DNA of 61,871 nucleotides, filler included, from Hausera hauseri (GCA_046269625.1; 11 parts of 11 records of this genome joined end to end with filler, not necessarily neighbours in it); one strand, 5' to 3'; shown: positions 26,290-38,554, counted from the whole stretch's first letter. A program made the numbers and translations. Notes: generated from the letters alone by a model not told the origin.

Positions 26290-29203
26290 GGGCCCTTCGC
26301 AAAAATTCAACTGAAAGATTGGGAAGTTTACGCGTTAATAGATACAGGATCTGAAATATCACTGATAAAATATGATTCGATCCCGCAGTTCCTACGGAAA
26401 CAATTGTATCCACCTCCCACGACAGACCCAGGAAGCATTAGAGCTTTCGGACAGTCGTCGAAAAGTAAATTCCGTTGGGAACCACAAATTCACATAATGG
26501 GACAATCTTTTCGTCATGAATTCTCAGTAATGGAGCAATTAACAGATGATGTAGTGTTAGGATGTGACTTACTGAGACAATTACCCAATATAGCAATCAA
26601 TTTCAATGCATGCAAGCTGATAGAACTTGGCCCAATATTAGGAGTCAAAACCACCAAAGATAGAAAATTCGGAGAAGTGTGGATTCCAGTGGATGAAACC
26701 ATACCACCCAGAACAGAAATTCTAATATATGCTCAGATACGTCAGGATGACGATCAGCCAATATATTTCGAACCAAAGAATCAATCGATCCAAACCTTGT
26801 GCTCAGCAATGTTTTGACAAGAGTATCAACAGGCCTCGTGCAAATCAAAATAGCAAATAACGCACCAATCCAGATCAAACTCTATGCCAATACCATATTG
26901 GGACATACGTATAGAGTACCATCAATTACTATCGGAGAGAAACTAACGTTGAGACTAAATTTTCGCCAGAATCCTATTGGCGATTTTACGAATTACATTG
27001 TCGTTATATTTCGATTATCGCGAAAGATGAAGAAAATATTGGTCGAGCCAAAACCTTAAGACTCACAATCCCACTTAAGAAAAAGCCTGGATCCAACGAC
27101 GAAATAGACTTAGAAGATCAAAAGATGCCGAAATGGTACCCCTCCACACTCGTTAAGATCAGAGATAACCAAAGAGGTTGAAAGAATGTTAAAGACCGAC
27201 ATCATAAGACCAAGCTATAGATCTTGGTATTCTCCTATACTTATGGTCAAGTAAAAAGGTACCAATAAACACCGATTCTGTACTGACTACAAAGCCTTGA
27301 ACACACTTATGATGAAAAACTCCTTCCCATTACCATCGGTAAAGGAAGCTTTGGATAGACTTTTGGGAGCTAAATGGTTCACCGCACTCGATTTACAATC
27401 CGGATATTGGCAAGTAGAGATAGAGGAGGAAGATCGGTACAAAACAGCATTTAAGACACACGACGGTATATACGAATTTAATGTAATGCCTTTTGGAATC
27501 ACTACCGGACCAGTCATCTTTACCCGTATGATGAACAAAATGCTAATGGGACTGGAGCACGCATTTGTCTATTTGGACGACGTTATGATTGCGTCAAAAA
27601 CGGAAGAAGATCATTTAAAAGACATTGAAGGTACACTTATGAGACCAGAACAGGCTGGACTGAAACTGAATCCCAAGAAGTGCAAATGGGCTCAAAATGC
27701 TGTGTCGTACCTTGGACATATAGTAGAAGGCGGATCGAAGCCGGATAAGTCATTATTAAGTAAGATATCGGATTGTATGGGACCTCAGAATCAAAAGGAA
27801 TTAAGACACTGGTTAGGTCTGCGTGGATATTATGCAACCTACGTACCGAATAACGCAAAGATAAACACACCTTTGTATCGGTTACTTAAAAAAGGGATCA
27901 AATGGAAATGGACCGATGTCGAACAAAAGGCTTTTTATGAAATGAAGAAAATTCTAACTAGTAAACCTGTTTTAAGATATCCTGACTTCAACTTACCGTT
28001 CATAATCAAAACAGACGCCAGTAAGGAAGGTATTGGATATGAATTGGCTCAGAAACGAGAGGACGAGGAGTTAGAACACCCAATCGCATATGGAGGGCGT
28101 TCTCTAAAGAAAGATAAGAAGAACTATTCAGTAACAGAGTTGGAAACGTAGGCAGTAAAAGAAGCACTGCGACATTTTAACGTATATGTCTATGGACAAA
28201 AGATTATAATCGTCACTGATCATAAAGCAGTTACGAATTTGAAAGATAGAGCAAATAATCCAACGTGTAGACTAAACAGATGAATAGAGGAAATTTCACG
28301 TTGTAATATTGAATTCCAATACAAGCCCGGAAATAAACATGTCGATGCCGACGCATTATCGAGACTTAAAACCAAAACAAGCGCAGTTACAGTAATGAGG
28401 AAAGCACACCTTGAAGATTTAGTACAAAGACAACGGATTCTCACACTAGATAAGGCATTAAGGATTGCTGTCGAACAGAAAAAAGACAAGGTTATACAAC
28501 AGATTATCGAGTACGTTGATACCAACGTAACACCAAAGGATCATCAGATACTAAAACACCTACAACGATATGGTCACAAATACTGCGTCGCTGGAGATTT
28601 GAACCACGAGAATGTGTTATACTACGAACGAAAAGGATGAAAATTAGTTGTCATACCAAAAGGATTGCGTTTAGAAGTATTAATGGCCAAACACGATTCG
28701 TATTTGGCCAGACACATGTCATGGAAAAAGACCCTAGTAAGAATCTTGAATAAATATTATTGGCCAAGTATTTACATTGATGTGAGAAATTTGGTGAATG
28801 CTTGCGAAGTATGCGCAAACAAACAAAGAAAAATGAAAAACTACATCGCCGAACTTAAGCCTATCGACGTGCCCGATAGACCAATGCAAGCAATGTCTAT
28901 GGATATTGTAGGACTATTGCCTACGACCCACAAAAATAACAAATACATTTTGACCTGTGTGGACCAATTGACTCATTTCGTGGAGCTTATAGCGTTACTA
29001 GACCAAAAGGCCGAGACCTTGGCAGAAGCTGTGGTCCGGAAAATCATTTGCAGATACGGGACACCCGAACAAATCTTGACAGACCAAGGAAGAAACTTCA
29101 CGAGCAAATTGTTCGACAAAATTACCAAAATTTTCGAGATTGAACGATTAACTACCACAGCTTACCATCCCCAATGTAATAGAATGGTCGAACGAATGAA
29201 CGC
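26290..29203 (+). pseudogene. pol: Ty3/gypsy pol: protease, spacer, RT, RNase H, integrase
   Basis: ALIDTGSEIS; FTALDLQSGYWQV; MPFG; VYLDDV; TDASKEGIG; H..H..YYWP..CEVC; MDIVG; ILTDQGRNF; TTAYHPQCN. Confidence 0.95.
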
Positions 29204-29303
29204 NNNNNNNNNNNNNNNNNNNNNNNNNNNNNNNNNNNNNNNNNNNNTTAATTAATTAANNNNNNNNNNNNNNNNNNNNNNNNNNNNNNNNNNNNNNNNN
29301 NNN

Positions 29304-32284
29304 AAAATCGCTTCTACTGCGACAAGGCAATACACCAATCTGGAAAATCGTATTAAAATTGAAGTCGAAAAACGGTCGCAGATATATAGTCTAAGGAATA
29401 GGATGATGCATCCAGCTGACAATGAAACACAGAAAATAATTATAGCTTGTATCCTCGAATTCGATGAATATAAAGACAAGTTTGACTATGCCTGCCGGAT
29501 CATCGATGTTATTAGAGGTCCGGATGATGAGCTAGAAGACTCCCGTAAAATGTTAAATAATGGGATCTTAGCGAAGCCAGAAATCGCTAATCAATTAAAT
29601 GAGTGGTCCAAACTAATAAAGAGGTTGAGTAAATTAGTGGCAAATAGAACGGAAGAGTTTCTGGAGAGTGAACCTACAGTAAAGAAGCAGTTGGAAGAAG
29701 GCGCCCGAAATTTAGATACAATGAGAGAAGAAATCGATATTCGAACCCAATTCGAGTCACTGCGTCAGTTGGACTTTATTGAGAGGAAACAAGAAATGAT
29801 GACACTAGATGACATATATAAAATGATAGAAGAAACAAACTTTGCACAAAAACGAAATCGGATTCGTGACCTCTATCCAAGATTAAGAAAAGTCCGCTTA
29901 GAAGGAATTCAGAATTTGACCACTGGAGAGCCTATAGAAGAAATATCGGTCCGTGATCTTAAGACTGTAGACGTTTGTCCAAATTACCAGTCGACCCTTG
30001 AAGAGGTAGTGACATTCTTACATCAATCACAGGAAAGGATGGCTGGAACTGATCAAAGGCATCATACCGAACTAACTAAAATAAGGAATGACCAACATCT
30101 TAACTTCGAAGAGGCCAAGTTTGTTAAAAGATTTCTTGACGAAATAGACTTAGATTCAAAAATTATCAATGAGATGTATGACTTAATACTACTGATGGTG
30201 GAAATGGCAGAAGTCAGCGATGAGAAATTAAGACAGCTGTTGCCACAGATACGACAAGTTGAAGAAACTTGCATTAAAACCAAACAGAGCGATGAGATTG
30301 GACGAACTAGCCAAAGAGCTTGAATCGTATAAAGTTAAGTATGCTCTTACAGAAGCAGAGAAGGTTGACAAGTCGCAATTCGTGCAAAGATGGAAAAGAG
30401 ACATAGCTTCCCAGTTAACAAATTATCAGGAAAAAGGGTTTATATTTGCAGAAGAATTACGCCAGCTGCTAACCGTATTACTCCGAACTTCCGGAAATGG
30501 ACGTTGTTTCCGAACCACACAAATGGTTATAATGCAACAAAAACTACGAGAACTAAGAGAATTAGTAAAGGAAGCAAACTTAGCCCAGCCGTTAGGAACT
30601 CCGGAGGCCGACTTCGGATTCCTCGAAGATGAGAACGAATGGGAAGCGCATCTGAATGCAATAATCGCCGAAAGCCCGAAAAGTCCCGTACACTTGAACG
30701 AAACAGAGACGAGTCCATCAGATCAGAAATTCCATGTAGAAATGCTTCTAGACCCGGCACAAACTGAAAAGGATATATTTAGGTTAATCAATGTAGACCT
30801 TACTGAAAATCAATTAAGACGGTTGTTCCCCACTCTAACCAAATTGGCCAGCGAAGGTACCGTCTACAGTGCTATGCCAAAACTTTTAATCAAGGAATAT
30901 GCGGAATTTTTGAGGACCAGGCCCGAAGAGGCAATTAAAGTAAAAAAAACGGCTGACTGGATGGAGGAAAAAGAACAGGAGTTCACCACGCGCTCCCTTG
31001 TAAAGGATGTACTACTATGGATAAAGAACAATGGTTACACCCATGAGCTAAACTATAGACTCTATTTTAGAGGAAGAATACTAGACGAATCGGAGTTATT
31101 GATAGAAGTTGGAATTATTCCCGATGAGATAAACCGGTTAATGGTAACTACAGCTATCGACGAAACGAAGGAGGAGGCTATAAGGAAAGCTAAAGCAGAA
31201 CAACAGGTAGGACAAAGACTAGGAGTCCGAGATGTAGTAATATACTTCGAGTACCTGCAGACAGACGAGGATAATGAGCAATATGATAAAAACTTGGTAC
31301 CTTTAAACGGCAGCGTACCCGTTGCAACGAAACCAAAGCGTACTGTGGGTAGACCACGGAAGATACGAGAGGAAAACGACTACAATGGAGACCTAATTAA
31401 GGAATTGAGACAAATGTCCATACAGACCTTTAGTGCGGATAATGAGGAACTGAACGAATTGATGAAGGATTTGATACGAATAGTAAACCACTATAGTCTC
31501 AGCGGTGATATATTGATGAGAAAGAGAAAGCCATAGCGAACGCCGCAAAGGCTATGAAAGGTCTTCGGTGCAAATTATCCAGAAATACTTTAAGTGATGA
31601 AGTATTGATTGAGAAAATTATTATAGAAAATACTATAGTGAAATTGAGAAAAGTGTTACTCTATCTGCCCATTAAAACAAACCCAAATCGGGAGAACGAA
31701 TTCAGTAAGGCCACTAGTTTGGCAAGAAGGGCTGCCAGAAAGTTGCCTCGAGAGGTGAACTGGTCTAAACTATTCGAAAAAGAAGAAGAACCTCAGAATG
31801 GATTCTTCTTCGATAACAATAGATTCGAAGACTTGCTACGGAATGTAACTGGAAATCGTAGAGGAAATGAGTCGAACGGGTTAATTAATTTTTTGACCCT
31901 GATAATGCTAGTAAAGCAAATGGGAGCAGTTACAGTATATGATTGTGACAAATTTAGACTTGGTCAAAAATACTCATTAATGGACTTAGAAATGTGAAGA
32001 CGAGAGACCACACAAATTAGAAACAAAAGAGAAACATTACGTGCTATATCAACAACGCGAACTAATTACATTGGATGGGGTAGAATGTATGTTGAGACGA
32101 TCTTGCAACATCTTCCACTGTGGATTGGTACACGGACATTCATCGATAATTAAGCCTACAACGCCCCCGATTCCGATAAATTTAGAACATCAGCATTGTA
32201 AGCAAGCGAGAGAGATGGGAAGAGTAAAATGGGACGGCATGGAACTGAAAATGCAGCAAGAAAAAATACTCAGAGTCTACAAAA
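29304..32284 (+). mobile_element. Third family-A copy: long N-terminal polyprotein region (helical, UBL, AT-hook) and the first ~130 aa of glycoprotein
   Basis: ORFs 29403-30323, 30259-31536, 31554-31997 and 32041- are joined by frameshifts and align with 21918-24180. Confidence 0.85.
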
Positions 32285-32954
32285 ATATCAGCTGCAATAC
32301 GACTTGTACAACACGTATCCCGGAGAACGAAGCATCTATCTGAAAGGATATTGTCCAAAAATCGGAATATGGAAGTTTCCGCCTCCAACCACGACGACGA
32401 GACCGTCCACTGCTCCGAGCACAACTTTCGCTACTACAATTGCCACCTGGGATGGACTAACCGAAGAAAAACGAGCTAGTATACCTATCAGGATTTTAAC
32501 AAAAAGTGATAGACTTCTATTCTACACTGAAGAAACGTTAAATTATGACGTTAAAATTGAATGTCGTACCCTGTATACCAATCAGATCGTGATCTTAAGG
32601 AAGAATAATCCGGAAGCAGAATGTTAATCATCACGACTGCAGCACGAATGTATAATCAGAATCGCTGCAAAGGGTAAGAACCCTAAAACTTATGCAGTGC
32701 GCACTCTGAATAACAAAATGGAAGTAATGCGGTATAAAGGTCTTAGTACCCAGAGCGTGTTCACCACGAATAGTTCCATCAAAGAAAACAATTTACCGAT
32801 AATAGCTATATTTAGTTTGTCAATTTTCGTTCTTGTAATATTAATAGCGACGATTTTTCTAGTTTCCAAAATTTGTAATAAGCGCGATAAAAATCAAAAG
32901 GGAGATAAACGGGTAAAAGGGTATCGAGACGGACCTTATGATAGCATAACCTAA
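32284..32954 (+). pseudogene. Type I membrane protein remnant (Thr/Pro-rich stalk, TM, basic tail), unknown function
   Basis: PPPTTTTRPSTAPSTT; one in-frame stop at 32625-32627; TM LPIIAIFSLSIFVLVILIATIFLV followed by SKICNKRDK. Confidence 0.55.
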
Positions 32955-33059
32955 CAACTACAGATCGAGTTATGCTATCATCAGACACAGAAAATGTTTT
33001 GTTTTAAAACGATGATCTGTCTTAGGATTAACCTTTATTTTTATTTCAGCAGAGTAAGT

Positions 33060-33328
33060 ATGTCCGAGAAGGCGAAGCACTCATCAGTTAGTCACAGTTT
33101 TGATATCGAAAATTTTTTGCAGCAACACGACACTGACCTAAAACCGTTATCCAAAAACCTATATCGACAAATTGGAGAAAACTTGAAAAGCCAGAACTAC
33201 CTAGAGTTCGACCCAGAAAGTAAAATACCAAAGGGACTAAAATTGGGTTTAGGACAGAATAGATTGATCCGATTATATGCTATGCGAAGTCCAAGGGATG
33301 CACGGGCATACCTACTAAGAGATCCGAT
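33060..33328 (+). CDS. Accessory ORF X (N-terminal part, cut by gap), homologous to the 43355-44983 ORF
   Basis: Motif PE..I..GLK-x5-NRL-x-R-x5-SP shared with the 43742 ORF; splice-acceptor-like TTTTATTTCAG just upstream of the ATG. Confidence 0.55.
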
Positions 33329-33841
33329 NNNNNNNNNNNNNNNNNNNNNNNNNNNNNNNNNNNNNNNNNNNNTTAATTAATTAANNNNNNNNNNNNNNNN
33401 NNNNNNNNNNNNNNNNNNNNNNNNNNNNTAGATATAGTGACATGGAAAATGAAATCTCAAAGAAATTTATGTTTATTGATGTCTAAAAGGCATAGAATTA
33501 GTATTAAAGACAAATATACGGATTTTCGCGTCAAATAAGTTTAATAAAATTGCACAAGAATTACTATAAAATTACTTATAAATAAATTTAAAAAAGAACA
33601 TAATGGACTCATATTTAGATCAAATTTGTTCTGTAAATCAATGATAGTTGATATCATTTATGGTTTATCAGTAGAGGAAAAATGGGCTATATGGGGCTAT
33701 CCTACCCTACTCTTCAAGGTCACATGAGGTTAAGGTCACATAAAGTCAAAGTCATTCGAGGTCAAGGTCATATTTTTATATTAACAAAAAGGTTATAAAC
33801 AAATTGTGAAAATAAAAACATTAAAATAAACACAGTGAAAG

Positions 33842-35010
33842 AGTAGGTAGAAGTGTCAGCTCCTAACCACCTCTCAAAACAATGTCAGATCGGTCTGCCA
33901 ACCAGTTTTCTCTATCTATCTCGCAATTCTGAGCATTTCATGTTTTGTGCTCGGAAACCTCTCCGGGGAAAGAAGAAGTTTTAACAATAAACTTTGGACC
34001 GAGACCAATCTGTCGAACCGGATAAGGAGAACAAAAGTCAACAGCGGCGCCAAGTTGAAAAATATAACCCGGTGGTACAGGAGGTGGAAAAAGAAAAACC
34101 GGTAATGTGCAACTGGCAACGCAACACATGTAGTTGGTATACGGATATTTTGTACAAAGGTAAAATTGATATTGGCAAGTCGAATGGGCACGGTTTCGTC
34201 GTAGTCCGACCAACGGAACAGGGGGAAAACCGGTTGGAAAATTTTCCGTCGGGTAAAATGTCCCCTGTTCAAGTCTACCGGTGACGGAAATGAGTCCGGT
34301 ACATTGCCCATAAGTTGGGGCAAATTTCATATTATATCTGCTTCACCATGAGACCAATAAATTCGGATGAAAAATGCAACGGAATGAACGAACGAAAAAA
34401 CGCAGTTAAAGTCTAAATAAAATTATGAAGTAGGTGAAAGTGTCCTCTCCACCCCAAATCCCAAAAAGTGCTCAGATAAACGTGGGACCAAGTTTTCCCC
34501 ACCTATCTCGCAATTCTGAGCATTTCATATCTCGTCATCGGAATACCTCCCGCCTGGTCGGAAGCACATATCATATGTGGCAAATTTCACGGATTGAAAT
34601 CGCTAGAGCTCGATCAGGCGAGAAAACTTTTATAGTGAGGCGAAACTCAAAAATTTTACTGGATGTCGCTAAAAGCAAAAGAAGCTAAACAGGAAATGTT
34701 TGTTGACAAACAAGACACGAGTTACGAATTGAGCAATGTTTGATGAAAATGTCAAATCTATGTCGGGGAATCGAATGTGCACAATTTCAACGTTGTCTGA
34801 CCATGAGAACATGGGGAAAAATTTATAGGAAAATTTCAGTCTCTAAAAATTTCCAATTGTCCAAATCTCATAGTTGTGGAAATGGGTTGAGCACGTAGCC
34901 CATCAGTATTTGAACATTTTATATTATAGCCGTCTCGCGAACGGACCAATGGATAGAGGTGAAAAATGCAACCGAACAAATGAACGGACAAAAAAACGCA
35001 TTGTTAAAAA
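33842..35010 (+). repeat. Two tandem ~587-bp diverged copies of a Polinton terminal repeat (starting at 33842 and 34429)
   Basis: Both begin AGTAGGT..AAGTGTC and share CTATCTCGCAATTCTGAGCATTTCAT and GAAAAATGCAAC at equivalent offsets; adjacent to Polinton genes. Confidence 0.75.
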
Positions 35011-35222
35011 GGCAAAATCATTATCATTGTAAAGACGTCCGTTTTGTAAAAAGTCGTGTGAATTTTATTTTGTACGACGACAAGAACGATGAGCTCATAA
35101 TTGAGTACTACTGTTCACAAGGAGAATGCTTGTGATAAAAGTTACATATTATTTCTCATGATTTGTTCGCTCTTTGGTACACAAAACAACAGCAATAAAA
35201 TAATACATATATTTCACAAAAG

Positions 35223-35603
35223 TCATTGTAATCTAAGCCACAATAAGCAATAATGAACACACAGTATAGTTATTGGATGTTGATAATGAAATCGATTATA
35301 TTCAACATGGTATAATGATTGCAGATCAGTTTGAGAAACAAATGATGACGGATAGTAAAATCCGAGCGTATTGAATACTCTGACGACGTTGGTCGGGTAG
35401 ACGTACACATAAATCCAATGTTCGCCCGGCAACGATGAAGTTTGTGTATTGAAAATAAAGCCGCCAGTTTGTCTTAAATCACGTGGCATACAGTCCAGTG
35501 GAAACACGTCACGAAATTTAACGCCCAAGAGCAGTTTTCTGTAATGACTGAGCTCAGTGGAGCTAAATGTAAAATGTGATTGAAGCATAATTGTAGTAAT
35601 CAA
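35223..35603 (-). pseudogene. Polinton adenain-like cysteine maturation protease
   Basis: IFNTQTSSLPGEHW..FNTLG..Q....LCVHYC. Confidence 0.88.
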
Positions 35604-35653
35604 AATAAATTACTTCATAGTACTACGAAATGTTAAGATACAGCGGATTTTAT

Positions 35654-36889
35654 TTATACAATAGCGGTTCCGTTTTTTGCTATTTCAATCTCGGCATCAA
35701 ATACACCGTAAATGTACATAACGGTAGATTGCTCCAACGCCTTAACAAAGTGAACTTCCTATCGTGAGGTAGTTCCCTGCTAATGTAGTTGAGTCTTTTC
35801 AACGTCATAATCTGGAACCAGAACAAAAGTAAAGAATGGATAGGTGGACTTGAATAAATTCATCAATACGCCATTGTTGACATTTTTGTTCAGCTAACCC
35901 ATGTTGTGCACGATGGATTGAATATATGTGCAAATAATCATTAGACTCAAAGTCTTGTTTGTACGTCTCACCGAAATCCGCATTCCGACCCAAACTGATG
36001 TTATTCACATTGCTATGGGAAAACGTTTCCGAATTGGCGGTATAATTACCCGTTTGTTAAACAGTCGTTTGAAATGTAACGAGCACAGATTTCGGCGATC
36101 GCATGTCGCCAAACAGTGCGTCTTTGTAAAAGGTTGTCGAACCTCTGGGTATGGTGTAAAAGACAAGTTCTGTGCGTTGTATCAGTTAGCAGGCATTTTG
36201 CGTTTCCAAGCTGAATCGATGTCCCAATAGCACAGATGGTTCTAAATTTACACGACGTACATATAATCGTATCTCGGTAATTTTCAGTATGGGTTTGAGA
36301 TTTGCAACTGTGGTTTTCAAACAAAAGACATTGTCGCTGCGTTTGAGCCGAATCATAGCTTTAACACCGGGAAGTAGGTATTTTACCTGATCAAAAAAGT
36401 CAAAATACAGCGGTCCACACACTGTAAGTGCTTTTGATTCTGCCACCCATGTCTGACGGTTTGCCGCTTGGCATTGTATCAGATGGTTTTCGTCAAATGA
36501 GTCGTTTTCGTATCAGTGATGTAATTCAAAGCCGTTTCAATGAGTGCTTTGATACTGTATAAACTGGTGTTGCTTTCGATTTTGACGCTGTTCAGAGTCA
36601 TTGAAGCTTTCTGGAACAGTGTGAGGAAAAAGTAATTGGCCGGTGTGACAGTGTCTGTTGCAGCGAGAACCGTTGATGCATCGTTTTTAACAATAACTTT
36701 TACATAGAGTAGCGTATCGTTCAAATCCAGGTATTCATTGTCCGATGCCTTTATGTTGAATTGAATGTCAATGTTATCGTCCGTTGAAACCGAATCAACG
36801 GGGTAGATTTATTCAAGTGCCGCATTGTCAATAACAACTTTTGGTGCGCCTTTGTCAAATATACACAATTCAGATTTTGCAGATGACAT
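35654..36889 (-). pseudogene. Polinton major capsid protein (double jelly-roll), frameshifted
   Basis: KSELCIF..YPV..EYLDLNDTLLYVK; DFFDQVKYLLPGV..IRLKR; LYVRRV. Confidence 0.88.
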
Positions 36890-36959
36890 TTGTCTGTCTG
36901 TCTGTGTGTCAATCAATCAATCGACAATCGTACGACGACGTTTGTTTATAGCTGATGAA

Positions 36960-37275
36960 CTCGATGATTCTCTATGGCGTTTATTCATCAAGCCACTGCC
37001 AGCAAATTGTTTTTGACTGATTCAACGATTCCCGGTGCAGCACTTTTTATTTCAGACAAGGCGTGTTCCTCCAGTGATGGTAAAATCAATTTGTTTTCAT
37101 ATAGTACGTCCTGTGCGGGTTTCTCTTCCACGGCACCGATACATTTCAACGCCGGAAATGCTAAACGTGCCAAGGTACGCAACCATCCAGAGCCATAGTG
37201 TTTACCAACGAGATACAGCAGTTTCCCGCCTTTCTGGGGTTTATTGTAAATGGAAACGATTTTAGAATCAATCAT
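36960..37275 (-). pseudogene. Polinton small core-like protein
   Basis: QKGG..YGSGWLRTLARLAFP amphipathic motif; lies between penton and MCP. Confidence 0.6.
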
Positions 37276-37794
37276 GTTGTTGTTGTTGGATTCGACGGAA
37301 ATGAAAAATTAGACTGGTTGTGGTACCGTACGGAAATTTTATAAGGTAGCTCGCGTCATATCGGATATTCACTTCAACATTGTTTATAGATGTAAATGCC
37401 ACAGGTATGTACATTAAATTATCGAGCTTGACAGTGACATTGTCACCGGCAATATACTTACCGCTTTCCGGATAAATTGCATGGAGTAGAGGTACACGTA
37501 CGCCACCGACAAAAATCGGTTTGGTGACGTTCACTTAAATGTACATTTGACTTAGTCCCGTTTTCATTTTGGGTTTGAGTGTTGCGACATGTACCGCCGC
37601 CGTTTTCGTATTCGTCAATACCTCAAACCGCTGCTTTTCAAACCCAATACCATGGCCAAAGCTTTGTCAATCCAATGTCAACAATATCCTTAGACAGTTT
37701 AAATTTAATGTTTCCATTTGCATCTGACTCGAAAACTTTAAATATCGCCTTGTACTTTTGATTTGAAGAAAAGTGTTGACAGAGATGTGCTACA
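37268..37794 (-). pseudogene. Polinton minor capsid (penton) protein, C-terminal part
   Basis: VGGVRVPLL..YIPV...INNVEVNIR......F..G.T.LIFHFRR, typical of penton C-termini. Confidence 0.75.
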
Positions 37795-37894
37795 NNNNNN
37801 NNNNNNNNNNNNNNNNNNNNNNNNNNNNNNNNNNNNNNTTAATTAATTAANNNNNNNNNNNNNNNNNNNNNNNNNNNNNNNNNNNNNNNNNNNN

Positions 37895-38048
37895 GTGTAC
37901 ACGGACGTCCAATCTCACTACCGAGATTTAAGGGGAATTTTTTTACTAGAAAATCCATAAGAAAAAATATCAAGAGCTTCCACCAGGATTTGAACCCTAC
38001 ACCTCAAGCACTAAAGGTTGATGTTATCTCGAGACTACCAAGCCCCCC
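37895..38048 (-). mobile_element. tRNA-derived SINE, 5' part (same family as 56940-57320)
   Basis: Aligns with 57166-57320; B-box GGTTCAAATCC. Confidence 0.8.
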
Positions 38049-38554
38049 TTGATTTATTTTTCCATTGCAACATGCTGAGATGGCCCAGCAACATTTATTA
38101 ACTCAGCTGTTTCAAATTAGCTATATATATGTGAACCAGTAACTCTGTAATGACATAAACACTTGATCTGAAGAATGTCATCGTTGTGGGGATACAGGGG
38201 CTCACATTTTAACAATAACATGAGGCATTTAGTTCTCCTTGAATTAATTTGCATATTTCTCATATTCATGGGAAATTTATTCTCAGGGAATACGTATATC
38301 CATAACAAACAAGCATAAGACAAGAAATAACATTTAATACAAGTTCTTGATACCCCACTGCAAAAACTGAATCATTGGAAACGAGGAGCAAAGATTACAC
38401 AGCAATCAGTGCCCTAATTATTATTTTTGTAAGCGAACAATTGTATCTTATTTATGGTCATTTTTTGAGAACTTATGATTTAAACAGGATATTTACTTAT
38501 TTTGTATTTTTAGCACGCCACACACTCTTTAACCCATACCTGCACATCGAAACA

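Larger units (their letters stand above)
21918..29203 (+). mobile_element. Env-before-pol Ty3/gypsy retroelement, family A (decayed; both ends in gaps)
   Basis: Collinear order: helical ORF, UBL, AT-hook (KRPVGRPRK), hydrophobic signal, VYDC glycoprotein, TM, tail, protease, RT, RNase H, integrase. Confidence 0.9.

Noticed and set aside
26190-26290. Programmed ribosomal frameshift between tail and protease
   Set aside because: The homologous segment at ~620-840(-) is in a single frame and no conserved slippery site is evident. The shift is best explained by decay.
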